DNA from: Acidobacteriota bacterium
GTDB taxonomy: Bacteria; Acidobacteriota; Vicinamibacteria; Vicinamibacterales; CAVVIG01
Assembly (NCBI GenBank): GCA_003223775.1
Contig: QHWK01000167.1
Coordinates: 1-34,484 of the forward strand
Length of the DNA: 34,484 nt
Direction of reading: 5' to 3'
The notes beneath the pieces are model-generated. The model worked only from the letters and a program-made list of their open reading frames with translations, was not told the DNA's origin and did not search any database. Numbering within the stretch: position 1 is the first letter of the stretch; every line of letters starts with the position of its first letter. A program made the position numbers and the translations under genes. Below, in pieces: positions 7,105-16,319 of the stretch.

Positions 7105-10100
7105 TCAGCGCATCACAATTGTCGAGTCGTTCTTCGACGCGCCCGGCGAGACGGTCAGGTACCGGTCGGCGCTGAGCACGATCTGATCGAGTGACACGCC
7201 GTCTTCCCGCACCTGCACGCGAATGGTCTGCGTGCCGGTCGACGCGAAGTAGATCGGAGCGGCGAGGCCGCCGTACGAGTTGTCCGCCCAGCCCCACTCC
7301 GAAAGGCCGGCGCCAGTCGCTTCCTCGATGCTGACGGGCGCAGCGGCCGTCGATCCGATCCGGTTGGTGGGAAGGCCACTGACGTCCACGGAGCCCGAGA
7401 ACTGCACGTAGACCGAGTCGTTGCTCCACAAGTTTCTGGCAGCCTTCCCGCGCATCCAGAGGTGGTAGCCGACGCCGGCTTCAGCCGCGAACTTCAACTC
7501 GAAGTAGTTCTGCGGCGAAGCCAGCGGCGCCGCGAGCTTCGCCGCTCCCGCATCCGGATTCGCCACGAGATGGCCGCCCGCAGCCGTCGGATCGGCGACC
7601 AGCGACCAGGTGCCCTTCACCGCCGCGTCCGCCGTGTAGAGCACCACAGTCCGGGATGTTCCGCCTGTTCGTTCGAGAATCGTCGTGTCGTTTCTGGCCG
7701 CGCCTGGCGCGGCGGCCAGGTATGTCGCGCCGCCGAGCACGATCTGGTCGATCGACAGGCCGTCTTCGCGCACCTGCACGCGGATCGTCTGCGTTCCGGT
7801 CGTCTCGAAGTAGATCGGGCCCGCAAACCCGCCGTAGGCGTCGTCCGCCCATCCCCACCCTGAGAGGCCGGCGTTGCTGGCCTCCTCGATAGAGAGCGTC
7901 GTGCTCATCGCTGAACCGATCCGATGGATCGGCGCGCCAGTCACGTCCACCGACCCGGAGAACTGCACGTAGACCGAATCGTTGCCCCAGTAGTTGTTTT
8001 CGGCCTTGCCGCGCATCCACAGGTGATACGGGATGCCGGCGTCTGCCCGGAAGGTCAGCTCGAAGTAGTTCGCCGGCGACGCGAGCGCCGCCGGAACCTT
8101 CGCCGCCGACGCGTTGGGATTCGCGATGCGGCGGCCGCCGGCGGCGGTCGAATCGTCCACGAGCGACCAGGTGCCTTTGATCACCGTGGCGTCAGCCGCG
8201 TAGAGAACCCGGTCGCGGCCAGGGGTCGATGCCGGCAATCGGATTTCAAGGCTGAACGTTTTATCTGCGGCATTGGTCGGATCGTTCGGATCGTCGGCGT
8301 GCACGGTGACGGATCCGGTCTCTACGGCCGTCGGCGTACCGAACAACGTCGCGCTCGATGGATCGAACAGAATGCCGGCATCTTTACTGTCGCCACCGGG
8401 TTGCCGCCGCGTAACGCGATGCCGGTCATCGCGGTGAGCGTGGCGATGTCGGCACCGAGATCGAGGCCGTCGGTCGACGGGTACTTGCTCGCGAACCCCG
8501 GCAGCAGACGATAGTCGCCACCGGCATGGTCGACGAAGCCGGCGAGCCATTCGACCACCGTCGGGAAATAGTCGCAAGCGGGATACTTCGATGCGACGCC
8601 GCCGGCGAGAATGTTCGCGCAGACGTAGCCGTCGGGCGCATACGTCACGATCGCCGGCAGTCCCGGCGAAGAGTTCGACCCGTTAATCCCGTACAAGCTG
8701 TGCGGCGACATGTTGTTCGCGTACACGAATGTCATCGTCGGCGCTCCGTAGAAGGCGACGATCGTCGAATCGGTCGTGAACACGGTGTTGTGATCGATCG
8801 TCACGGCCTCGGGACCGTCACCGACCTGAAACACCTTCCCGCCGGATCCCCAGGTGGCGCTGGTGAGGTCGTCGAAGAGGTTGTTCCGCACGACGATGTC
8901 GTTGGTGCGCAGGCTGGTTGCGACGTTGTCCGTGCCCAGGATGTTCACGCCGCCGGCCGTGTGGCGGACGATATTGTGCCGGAACGTGACGTGCTGCACG
9001 ACCACCCATGGCGCAGTGCCGCCCTGGTTGCGCGGCGTGAGAACAATCGGGTAGCCGGGCTGATCGGCCATCCAGAGGTTCTCGAATACGTTGCCTTCGA
9101 CCAGGACGTCCTGAGCGTTTTTGAGCTCGAAGATGTTCTTCACCTGCCACTTGGTGGCGGTCCCCGGCTTGCCGGCCGCGCCTGCTGCGCCGGTATCCGT
9201 GAAGAACGGGTTCGGCGTCGTCCAGAACATGGTCGGGCCATTCGACGTGCGGCCGTACACCACGTACTCCTGCGAGCCCGCCACGGGCGTCCACGAGATG
9301 GTCACGGCCCCGTCGGCGACGAGGGTCGCCGTCCCTACAGCCGACGCGACCGACGTCGCGGTGCGATCCTGGTTACTGAGCTTGCGTGCGGCCACCTGGT
9401 AGAAGTATGTGCCGGCGGGTAGTGCACCGGCCGACGGTGTCGCGGCCGCGGTGACGTTCGTCGGCGCCGCGACGATCGGGTCGCGCCACGCGAGCTGCTT
9501 GCTGAGATGGTTGGAGCGGAAGACGACGTGCGTCGTGACCAGGTTCGGAATCGGCGGATCGGAGCCGCCGAGCAGAAAGTTCTGCGTCGCGGCCTCCAGA
9601 AAATTGTTCTCGATCAGGTAGTTGCCCGGGCCGTTGAAGCCGCTGATGGCCTGCGACTCCTGGTTGATGGCCTTGCAGTCGGACACCCACGAGTTCATGA
9701 CGGTGGTGTCGCGGCTGTGCAGCGCGATGCCGCGCTTCTGTCCGAGCTCGGGGTCGCCGTGGACGTACAGGCGATCGAGAATGAAGCCGTACGGCACTTG
9801 TGAGAGCTGCGTCTGAGTCGAATCGCCGGCGCCGATGGAGATGATGTCGCCAGCGCCACTCTCGTTGGCCTGGAACTCCAGCAACATCAGCTTGTAATGG
9901 TTCGCACCGGCGGCCGTCTGCAGCGCGGCCAGGACATTCGGCGACCTGATCTTCGGGAGGCGCGCCGCGTAGGCGCGCGTGATGCGCACGCCGGCCGGCG
10001 GCAACACCGTGGCGGGCGCGGCCGATCGGATCGTGATGTAGTCGTTAACCGTGCCCTTGTTCGGCAGCACGAAGTTGCCGATGTAGGTGGCATTCGGTTC

Positions 10101-10250
10101 GAGCGTAATCACGTCACCAGGCTGCGCTTGATTGAGCGCGGCCTGGAAATCGCCGCCGGCCGGGACGACGATTGTTGCGGCTCGCGCCGGGGATGCGGCA
10201 AGGACGCAGACGCAGATCGCCGATAGCCACACGGATATCCAAAACCGCAT
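7105..10250 (-). pseudogene. secreted right-handed beta-helix protein (paralog A) with Fn3-like insert, one partial Ig-like module and two CBM-like beta-sandwich modules; one frame break
   Basis: Track ORF 8322..10250 starts with signal peptide MRFWISVWLSAICVCVLAASPARA, then ATIVVPAGGDFQAALNQAQPGDVITLEP... Sense is lost after ...TGIALRGGNPV at about 8394. It resumes in the frame of ORF 7105..8577 at QPGGDSKDAGILFDPSSATLFGTP... and runs to STIVMR*. By eye, roughly three quarters of the first ~620 residues are identical to 16320..19988. Confidence 0.75.
7108..8211 (-). repeat. tandem duplication of a ~180-aa CBM-like module inside paralog A (7108..7647 and 7648..8211)
   Basis: Both copies share VLY(A/T)ADA.V.KGTWSLV.D.TAAGG...NYFEL.F.A.AG..YHLWMRGKA.N.W.NDSVYVQFSGSVDV.G.P..RIGS...SIEEA..AGLS.WGWAD..YGG.A.PIYF...GTQTIRVQVREDG.S.DQIVL. 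The DNA also aligns clearly by eye. Confidence 0.85.
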
Positions 10251-10545
10251 GTGAATCCTCTGGAACGCTTTCAGTTGTCGAAGGCGAGTTCCCTGAGCAC
10301 GCGGAGCTGATTTACAGTCAGTTGTGGATCAGACGAACGCCGTCACGACGTCGGATCCAGCATCACCTGCTCTCGCCAGCAACCTTGCCCGCGCGTTCAC
10401 ACACGCCGCCCTCGGTGTTTCTGCGTGGCCGCCAGCGAAGTGCAGGAGCGTCGTGCCTCCGGCTCGTTACTCTCTCTTGTGTGTGGGCAACATACGCCCT
10501 CTGAGAGTCGGCTTCAAGGCCAAACGACGTATCGATGAGCCGTGA

Positions 10546-10605
10546 TCATGGCTCGATCTTCTGATTCACGCGGAAGAGATTCGCAGGATCGTAGGTCGCC
10601 TTCAC
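10546..10605 (-). pseudogene. 20-codon relic of the C-terminus of a BBE-type FAD-linked oxidase
   Basis: My translation reads VKATYDPANLFRVNQKIEP*, with the stop at 10546..10548. It matches the conserved terminal '(I/V)Kx.YDPxNxFxxNQNIxP' of berberine-bridge-enzyme-like oxidases. An in-frame TAG sits at 10615..10617, so only the tail survives. Confidence 0.4.
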
Positions 10606-10627
10606 TATCGTGTTCTAACGAGCAGGC

Positions 10628-11956
10628 TCAGAGGCGTACCAAGTCGCCGATCCGGATCGGACGCTTTTCTTCGATGCTCTTCCGCGCGGCGATGCCCACC
10701 AGGCATGACATGGCGCCGGCGCGCGAGTCGGGGATGCGCATGTACTCGGGCACCTCGATGGTGCCGAACATCAGATCGCGCAGCCGATCGTCGCCGCCGC
10801 CATGCTCGCCTTGGGCCTTCGGCACGTCGATGATGCGCCGCTGGCCGAAGGACGTGGTCAGGTGGATGTCCGCCTCGTCCTGAACCGCCCAGGGCTGCGC
10901 CTGGTAGTCGCGCACCTCGAGGCGTCCACGCTCGCCGTTGAACGCCACGCGATAGCCTTCAAAGGGCATGAAGGCATTGAGCGAGTACGTCATCGTGACG
11001 TCGTTGGAGTATTTCACCAGCGCCGTCATCGTGTCGTAGATGTCCACGTCTTCCCGGAAGACACACCCGTCGCGATGGTAGCCGTCGGTGTCCTCGCAGC
11101 CCGCATACAGCTTCATTCGCGTCGTGTCGGGCGTCATGTCGTAGAAGAAGCGGCACTGTGACGTGTGGGGACAGGCGCGGCAATGCGTCGAGCGGAACGC
11201 CCCGTTCCGGCCGTAGCAGCCCAGTCTGCCGTCGGCGACGACCGACACCGGGTCGGCGCCGAGCCACCAGTTGATGAGGTCGAAGTGGTGCGTCGCCTTG
11301 TGGACCCAGAGGCTGCCGCTGCGCGACTTGAGGCGGTGCCAGCGCCGGAAGTAGTCGGCGCCGTGAGAGACGTCGAGATACCAGTTGAAATCGACCGAAA
11401 TCACGCGGCCGATCTCGCCGCTGAGCAGCAGCTCCTTGATCTTCTGGTGCTTCGGCGGATAGCGCAGGTTGAACGTCACGACGATCTTGCGATGGTTCCG
11501 CTTTTCCGCGTCCAGCACCGACTGGCACTGCGTCTCGTCGATCACCATGGGCTTTTCGGTAATCACGTCGATGCCGCGATCGAGCGCGTTCACGATGTAG
11601 CCGCTGTGGAAGGCGTCGACGGTCGTGACGATGACCACGTCAGGCTTGACGCGGTCGCACATCTCGTCGAAGCTCGTGAACGTGGGGCAGTCGACGCCCA
11701 TGATCGCCTTGGCCGCGCCGACGCGCTTCGGATTGATGTCGCACAACCCCGCGAACTCGACGACATCGCCGTAGCGTTTCACGAGATCGCCGCCCCACAT
11801 GAAGCAGGCGCGCTCTCCGGTCCCGACGACCGCATACCGGCGCCGGACGGGAGCCGCCGGCGCCGCCGCGGCGCCGAGGGCGAAGAGCGGCGTGGCGGCG
11901 GCGATCTGTCCGGCCTGCTTCACGAACTCGCGACGCGTGATCGACTTTTCGCGCAT
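10628..11956 (-). CDS. Gfo/Idh/MocA-family oxidoreductase with twin-arginine leader
   Basis: Track ORF of 442 aa. Leader MREKSITRREFVKQAGQIAAATPLFALGAAAA, then YAVVGTGERA...DVVIVTTVDAFHSGYIVNALDRGIDVITEKPM (NAD-binding Rossmann fold with EKP motif). GGGAG lies 7 nt upstream of the ATG, and the gap to the upstream gene is 11 nt. Confidence 0.9.
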   Translation of the reverse strand: MREKSITRREFVKQAGQIAAATPLFALGAAAAPAAPVRRRYAVVGTGERACFMWGGDLVKRYGDVVEFAGLCDINPKRVGAAKAIMGVDCPTFTSFDEMCDRVKPDVVIVTTVDAFHSGYIVNALDRGIDVITEKPMVIDETQCQSVLDAEKRNHRKIVVTFNLRYPPKHQKIKELLLSGEIGRVISVDFNWYLDVSHGADYFRRWHRLKSRSGSLWVHKATHHFDLINWWLGADPVSVVADGRLGCYGRNGAFRSTHCRACPHTSQCRFFYDMTPDTTRMKLYAGCEDTDGYHRDGCVFREDVDIYDTMTALVKYSNDVTMTYSLNAFMPFEGYRVAFNGERGRLEVRDYQAQPWAVQDEADIHLTTSFGQRRIIDVPKAQGEHGGGDDRLRDLMFGTIEVPEYMRIPDSRAGAMSCLVGIAARKSIEEKRPIRIGDLVRL

Positions 11957-11967
11957 GAACCGGCTCC

Positions 11968-13767
11968 CTATGACCCGTCGCGTTTTTTCAGCAGCTGAAG
12001 AATCTGTTCCGGCGTCAGCTTCGCGGCCTGCGTGACGAGGCCCTCGATGGCGAACCGGTCGCCCGCGTTGTGGACGAGGAAACTGCCCTTCGCCATGGCC
12101 GCTGCGGTCCGCAAATCGCCCGCGCGGCGAAGGCCGGGAATGTAGAGGCGATCGAGAAACGCCTCATCGTTCGAGAGGTCGAAGCGCCCCACGTCGAGAA
12201 TGGCGCGGGTCACCGGCACGACGGCCGCGGCCAGCAGACCGGCGAGGGCCGCATCGCCGTCGGCCACGAGAATCGCGTTCGGCTGGTCGGACAGCGCGGT
12301 CACCAGATCGGCGACCCGCTGGCTCGCCGCGGTGCGGTTATAGGTGTCGAACATCGAAATGGCCGCCGCCGCGTCCGCGTCGAACGACGTGAAGCTGACG
12401 CGATGCACGGCGAGCCCCGCGCGTGCCACCGCCTTCTCGACCTCGGCGTCCTCGGTCGCCAGCACGATCACAGGCTTGGACGAGGTCCGCGCCGCGGCCG
12501 TCTGCTGCCGCTCGAAGCCCAACGCGTGCAGCAGCGCGCGGCGCGCCGCCTGCGCGTCCGCGCCGGCGAGCTGGCGCCTGGCTGCCGAAATCCAGTTCTC
12601 CGTCAACTCGGCGACACTCACCACGCCATCCGGACGCGGCCGGTTCGCGAACACCATCAGCTCCGGCAGTGGGTCGACACGGAACTCCTGCTCCGTCACC
12701 TTGACGTCCGCCCGCGCGCCCTTGAGCCAGCGGGCCATCCACGCGTACACCGCTTCACGGCTCTCGCGGTTGTAATTGTGATCGGCGTTCACGCGCACGG
12801 CGTGCACGCGGTCCCTCGCGCCGAAGAGATCGTAGAACCGCTGCATTTCCGGGTATTCGAGCTCCAGCGTCTCGTTGGTCCAATCACCGGTGGCCGAGAC
12901 CATCAGGAGCGGGCGCGGCGCGAACAGCGCCGAGATCTCGACGTTGTCGGTGTCGAGCCGGAGGCCGGGGAGGTTCTCGCACAGGCAGCCACCCTGCATG
13001 TGCAGCGAGATCATGTTCACCGGCGCGGACGCCGCGATGCGTGCGTCGACCGCCGCGAGCAGGAAGGTCTGCGTGCCGCCACCGGAAGCGCCCGTCGCGC
13101 CGATGCGATCGCGCGCGACCATCGGGAGCGTCTCGAGAAAATCGACCGAACGGATGCTGTTCCACAGTTGCAGGCCCGCGAGGTTCAGTCCCCACAGGTT
13201 CTCACGCCTGCCGCCGAACTCACGATCGTGATACGTGTGACTGGGAGTGTGCGGGTACCACCGGCTGTCGTTGTACCCGATCATGTCGTAGGTGAAGACG
13301 ACGAAGCCCTGGCGTGCGAGGTTGATCGCACGACCGGGGACCGACGCAACCGCGCTGTTCTCGAGCCGCCCGTAGTTCCAATGGCCATGGGCCGACACGA
13401 TGGCGGGGAACGGCCCGCTGCCGAGAGGCTTGTAGAGATTCCCCGTGACCAGGAACCCGGGAAGGCTTTCGAAGTACACCTTCGAGACCGTGTAGTCGTC
13501 GTGCGTCCGCTCGTCGAACACGACGGGCTTCAGCGGTGTGCGCTCCGGCATCGGGACCAGGCCGGCCGATGCGAGGATATGCTCGCGGAGCCACGCCGCG
13601 CGCGTCTGCCATTCCTCGAGCGACTTGGGATGGCGGACGACGAAGCGATCCTCGAGCGTACGGTAGCGGTGCGTCCGCGCCGCGGGAGGCTGCGGCCGCG
13701 AGGAAACTGACGCCGCGCCCAGCGACAGCACGAGCGTAAACGCGGCAAGCGGCCACAGTCGGCGCAT
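11968..13767 (-). CDS. alpha/beta hydrolase, acetyl-xylan-esterase / dienelactone-hydrolase-like, with ~200-aa C-terminal extension
   Basis: Track ORF 11968..13875. The likely start is MRRLWPLAAFTLVLSLGAASVS (signal peptide) at 13767. Contains PAIVSAHGHWNYG and the nucleophile-elbow-like IGATGASGGG, plus ...NADHNYN. Confidence 0.8.
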   Translation of the reverse strand: MRRLWPLAAFTLVLSLGAASVSSRPQPPAARTHRYRTLEDRFVVRHPKSLEEWQTRAAWLREHILASAGLVPMPERTPLKPVVFDERTHDDYTVSKVYFESLPGFLVTGNLYKPLGSGPFPAIVSAHGHWNYGRLENSAVASVPGRAINLARQGFVVFTYDMIGYNDSRWYPHTPSHTYHDREFGGRRENLWGLNLAGLQLWNSIRSVDFLETLPMVARDRIGATGASGGGTQTFLLAAVDARIAASAPVNMISLHMQGGCLCENLPGLRLDTDNVEISALFAPRPLLMVSATGDWTNETLELEYPEMQRFYDLFGARDRVHAVRVNADHNYNRESREAVYAWMARWLKGARADVKVTEQEFRVDPLPELMVFANRPRPDGVVSVAELTENWISAARRQLAGADAQAARRALLHALGFERQQTAAARTSSKPVIVLATEDAEVEKAVARAGLAVHRVSFTSFDADAAAAISMFDTYNRTAASQRVADLVTALSDQPNAILVADGDAALAGLLAAAVVPVTRAILDVGRFDLSNDEAFLDRLYIPGLRRAGDLRTAAAMAKGSFLVHNAGDRFAIEGLVTQAAKLTPEQILQLLKKRDGS

Positions 13768-13942
13768 CAGGGTACCTCGCGGATGTATGAGCGTGTCGCG
13801 AAGATATATCACGAACGAATACGCCGCTCGCAATCGTAGAGACGATACAGCTCGACCATAACCAAGTTTTTTCACAGGCTCTTCAGCCGAGACTCAGAGG
13901 CACGCAGCCGTCCTGCTGCGATCGCGGTTCGACGAGCGCAAG

Positions 13943-15571
13943 TCACATCGCCAGGAATATCGCAGTTGCGCCGACGAGGACGATCACTATGAGCCATGCG
14001 GCCGCGAACCCGCTGAGATCCGCGCGAAAGGCTGCCAGCCCACCGGCGCGCCGCGGGTGCAGCAGGTGGACCAGGAGCAGCGGACGTTGGACATCGTCAT
14101 CACTTGACGTCTCCAGCCGACCGAACAACGACGCCATCGCGTTGGCCGGCTCGGGGGCGGTCGCCAGACTGACGATCACCAGCGAAGCAATCCCGACGAG
14201 GAGGGCCGCGAGAAACACGTTGGGGTCCCAGTAATCGAGCCGCTGGCCCGTGAGACGGTAAAGCGCGAAGTTCGTCGTCAGCGCCCCGAGCAGGCTCGCG
14301 AGGGCTCCCCACCGGTTCGCGCGCCGCCAGACAACGCCGCCAACGACGCTGACGCCGACAAACGTGGCCAACGTTTCGGTCAGCAGGAACGTATACAGCA
14401 CGCGCTCGACCAGGAAGAGCGCATACACGACACCAATCATGGTCACGGCCAGGCCGCTGATCCGCCCGACCCATAAGTAATGATGGTCCGGCCGGTTCGG
14501 CACCAGCCGTCGTCGATAGAGTCCTTCGGTGAACAGCGCGCCGCTGTCGACCAGGAAGGCAGAGCACGTCGACATGTTCGCGGCCAGCACCGACGCGATC
14601 AGCAACCCGAGGGCTCCCGGAAACAGGAGCTGTCGACAGGCGAAGCCGAACGCATTCTCCGGGTCCTGGAGCATCGCCGTGTCGCCGTGGCCCTGCGCAA
14701 TCATCGCGCCCACGATCAAGCCGACGAGCGCCCACCCCACGGTGCAGATGCGCTTGACGAAGTTGCCGTACAACATGCCGACCCGGCACGTGCGCTCGTT
14801 GCGCCCCGTTCCCACCGCCGCGAGCTGCTGCGGCTGCGCCATGATGCCGACGAGACCGTTGACGGTCAACATGATGATCACCCACGGTCCGATCCCCGAG
14901 GGCGTCGCGAGCGAGAAGCGGAACGGCTCCAGCGATGCCTTCATCCCATCGAGCCCGCCGACCACGTTCCAGCCGAGCGGAACGAGCATGAACGAGAGGA
15001 CGATGATGAGCACGCCCTGAAAGAGATCGGTCCAGGCGGCGGCGATCAGTCCGCCCACGAAGCTGTAGAGCATGAACATCACCGTCATGGCGACGACGAT
15101 CTCGTCGACGCCGACGGTACCGCCGGTCGCCTGGCTGATCACCTTGCCGGCGCCTTTCAACATGCTGCTGGTGTTGATGACGAAGAAGCAGAGCGCAAAC
15201 ACGATGTAGATCGCGCCCATCCACGGCCCGTAGCGGTCTTCGGTGAACTCCGCCATCGTCGTCCGGCGGATCCGGCGGAAGACCGGCGCCATGATCCAGT
15301 AGAAGGGCGTGATGAACAGGTTTTTCCACTGGAACCAGATGGCGGAGGCGCCGGCGCTGTAGACCGCCCCGGCCAGCGCCACGGGCATCTCCGCGTGCGT
15401 GCCGACGCCAAAGCTCTGGGCGATCATCAACCACGGACCGAATCGCCGCCCACCGAGAAAGTACTCGCCGCTGTGGCGCACGCGAAAGCCGACGATGAGG
15501 CCGATCGCCGTGACGATGACGAGATACCCAATGAGGACGGCCCAGTCGAGCGCGGTGATGTCCATCCTCAC
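13943..15571 (-). CDS. sodium:solute symporter (SSF) family transporter
   Basis: Track ORF of 542 aa, multi-pass hydrophobic. The N-terminus MDITALDWAVLIGYLVIVTAIGLIVGFRVRHSGEYFLGGRRFGPWLM is typical of SSF proteins. The GTG at 15571 overlaps the nagA stop (GTGA). An ATG at 15565 with GGAG 5 nt upstream is an equally good start. Confidence 0.9.
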   Translation of the reverse strand: MRMDITALDWAVLIGYLVIVTAIGLIVGFRVRHSGEYFLGGRRFGPWLMIAQSFGVGTHAEMPVALAGAVYSAGASAIWFQWKNLFITPFYWIMAPVFRRIRRTTMAEFTEDRYGPWMGAIYIVFALCFFVINTSSMLKGAGKVISQATGGTVGVDEIVVAMTVMFMLYSFVGGLIAAAWTDLFQGVLIIVLSFMLVPLGWNVVGGLDGMKASLEPFRFSLATPSGIGPWVIIMLTVNGLVGIMAQPQQLAAVGTGRNERTCRVGMLYGNFVKRICTVGWALVGLIVGAMIAQGHGDTAMLQDPENAFGFACRQLLFPGALGLLIASVLAANMSTCSAFLVDSGALFTEGLYRRRLVPNRPDHHYLWVGRISGLAVTMIGVVYALFLVERVLYTFLLTETLATFVGVSVVGGVVWRRANRWGALASLLGALTTNFALYRLTGQRLDYWDPNVFLAALLVGIASLVIVSLATAPEPANAMASLFGRLETSSDDDVQRPLLLVHLLHPRRAGGLAAFRADLSGFAAAWLIVIVLVGATAIFLAM

Positions 15572-16297
15572 TCCATGACACGCCGAACGTGCAACGCTGC
15601 CGTGTCCGGATCCCAGTCTGCGGTCACCGTGCCGCCAGTCGCGAGCCCAAGGTAGTCTGCAGGGATCGTCGACGCCGACGCCATCTTCATCACTTCGTCG
15701 ATCGGCAGTCCCGTGAACCGCACCGTATTCGCGATCGCGCGATCCATCGTCAGGGCCGAGCCCGCCAGATACGGCGTTCCCGGCAGCGAGACGCGGCCGT
15801 CCGCCGAGAGCTCAGATCTGACGCCGCCAATCGTGTAGGTTCCCGGCGCGCATCCGGCGGCGGCAACCGCATCGGTGACGAGAATCGTACGGCGTTCGCC
15901 TTTCGCACGCACCATCGCTTTCACCGTTGCCGGCGGAAGATGATGTCCATCGACGATCAGGCTGGCGAAGACCGCGTCGGCGGCGAGCAGCTCCCAGATC
16001 ACATTCGGATGTCGCGGCTGCATCTGCGCACAGCCGTTCCCGAGATGGGTCGCGAGCGTCGCGCCGGCGGCGATCGCCTCCGCGATCTGTCCCGGCGCCG
16101 CCGCGGTATGCCCGATCGCGACTCGCACGCCGGATGCGACGAGATGTTCGATGAGCCCCACGGCGCCGTCGACTTCGGGTGCCAGCGTGACGAGCACGAT
16201 CCGGCCGCCCGCAGCATCCTGTCGACGATTGAAGTCGTCGATGCTCGCCGTCCTCACGTGAGGGAGGAGCGCTGGATCTGATTAACCTGCGCGCGCC
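15568..16297 (-). pseudogene. nagA: N-acetylglucosamine-6-phosphate deacetylase, 5'-truncated (C-terminal ~60% only)
   Basis: The track ORF (229 aa) starts at a GTG. It reads ...GGRIVLVTLAPEVDGAVGLIEHLVASGVRVAIGHTAA...ATHLGNGC...IVDGHHL...ILVTDAVAAAG...LAGSALTMDRAI..., which aligns with the latter part of NagA. In-frame homology continues upstream of the GTG (SARAG-TAA-SDPALLPHV) through a TAA at 16282..16284, then stops. The N-terminal metal-binding part is absent. Confidence 0.75.
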
Positions 16298-16319
16298 GAG
16301 TCGGCCGACGCGGCCGGCG

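Noticed and set aside
5184-7175. Very long ORFs on the strand opposite to homology-supported genes (e.g. 5184..7175 +, 586..1659 -, 2592..3560 +, 12070..13710 +, 14480..15655 +, 31088..32437 +, 32370..33566 -).
   Set aside because: Their translations are Arg/Ala/Gly/Pro-rich and low in complexity, with no recognisable motifs. They are fully shadowed by ORFs with clear family signatures. Long antisense or off-frame ORFs are expected in DNA this G+C-rich because stop codons are rare.
7108-8211. Whether the two ~540-nt tandem copies in paralog A are a template/variable repeat pair of a diversity-generating retroelement.
   Set aside because: There is no reverse transcriptase or accessory gene in the window. 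The differences between the copies are spread over all four bases and the whole length, not concentrated at adenine positions in a short 3' region. Ordinary domain duplication is the simpler explanation.
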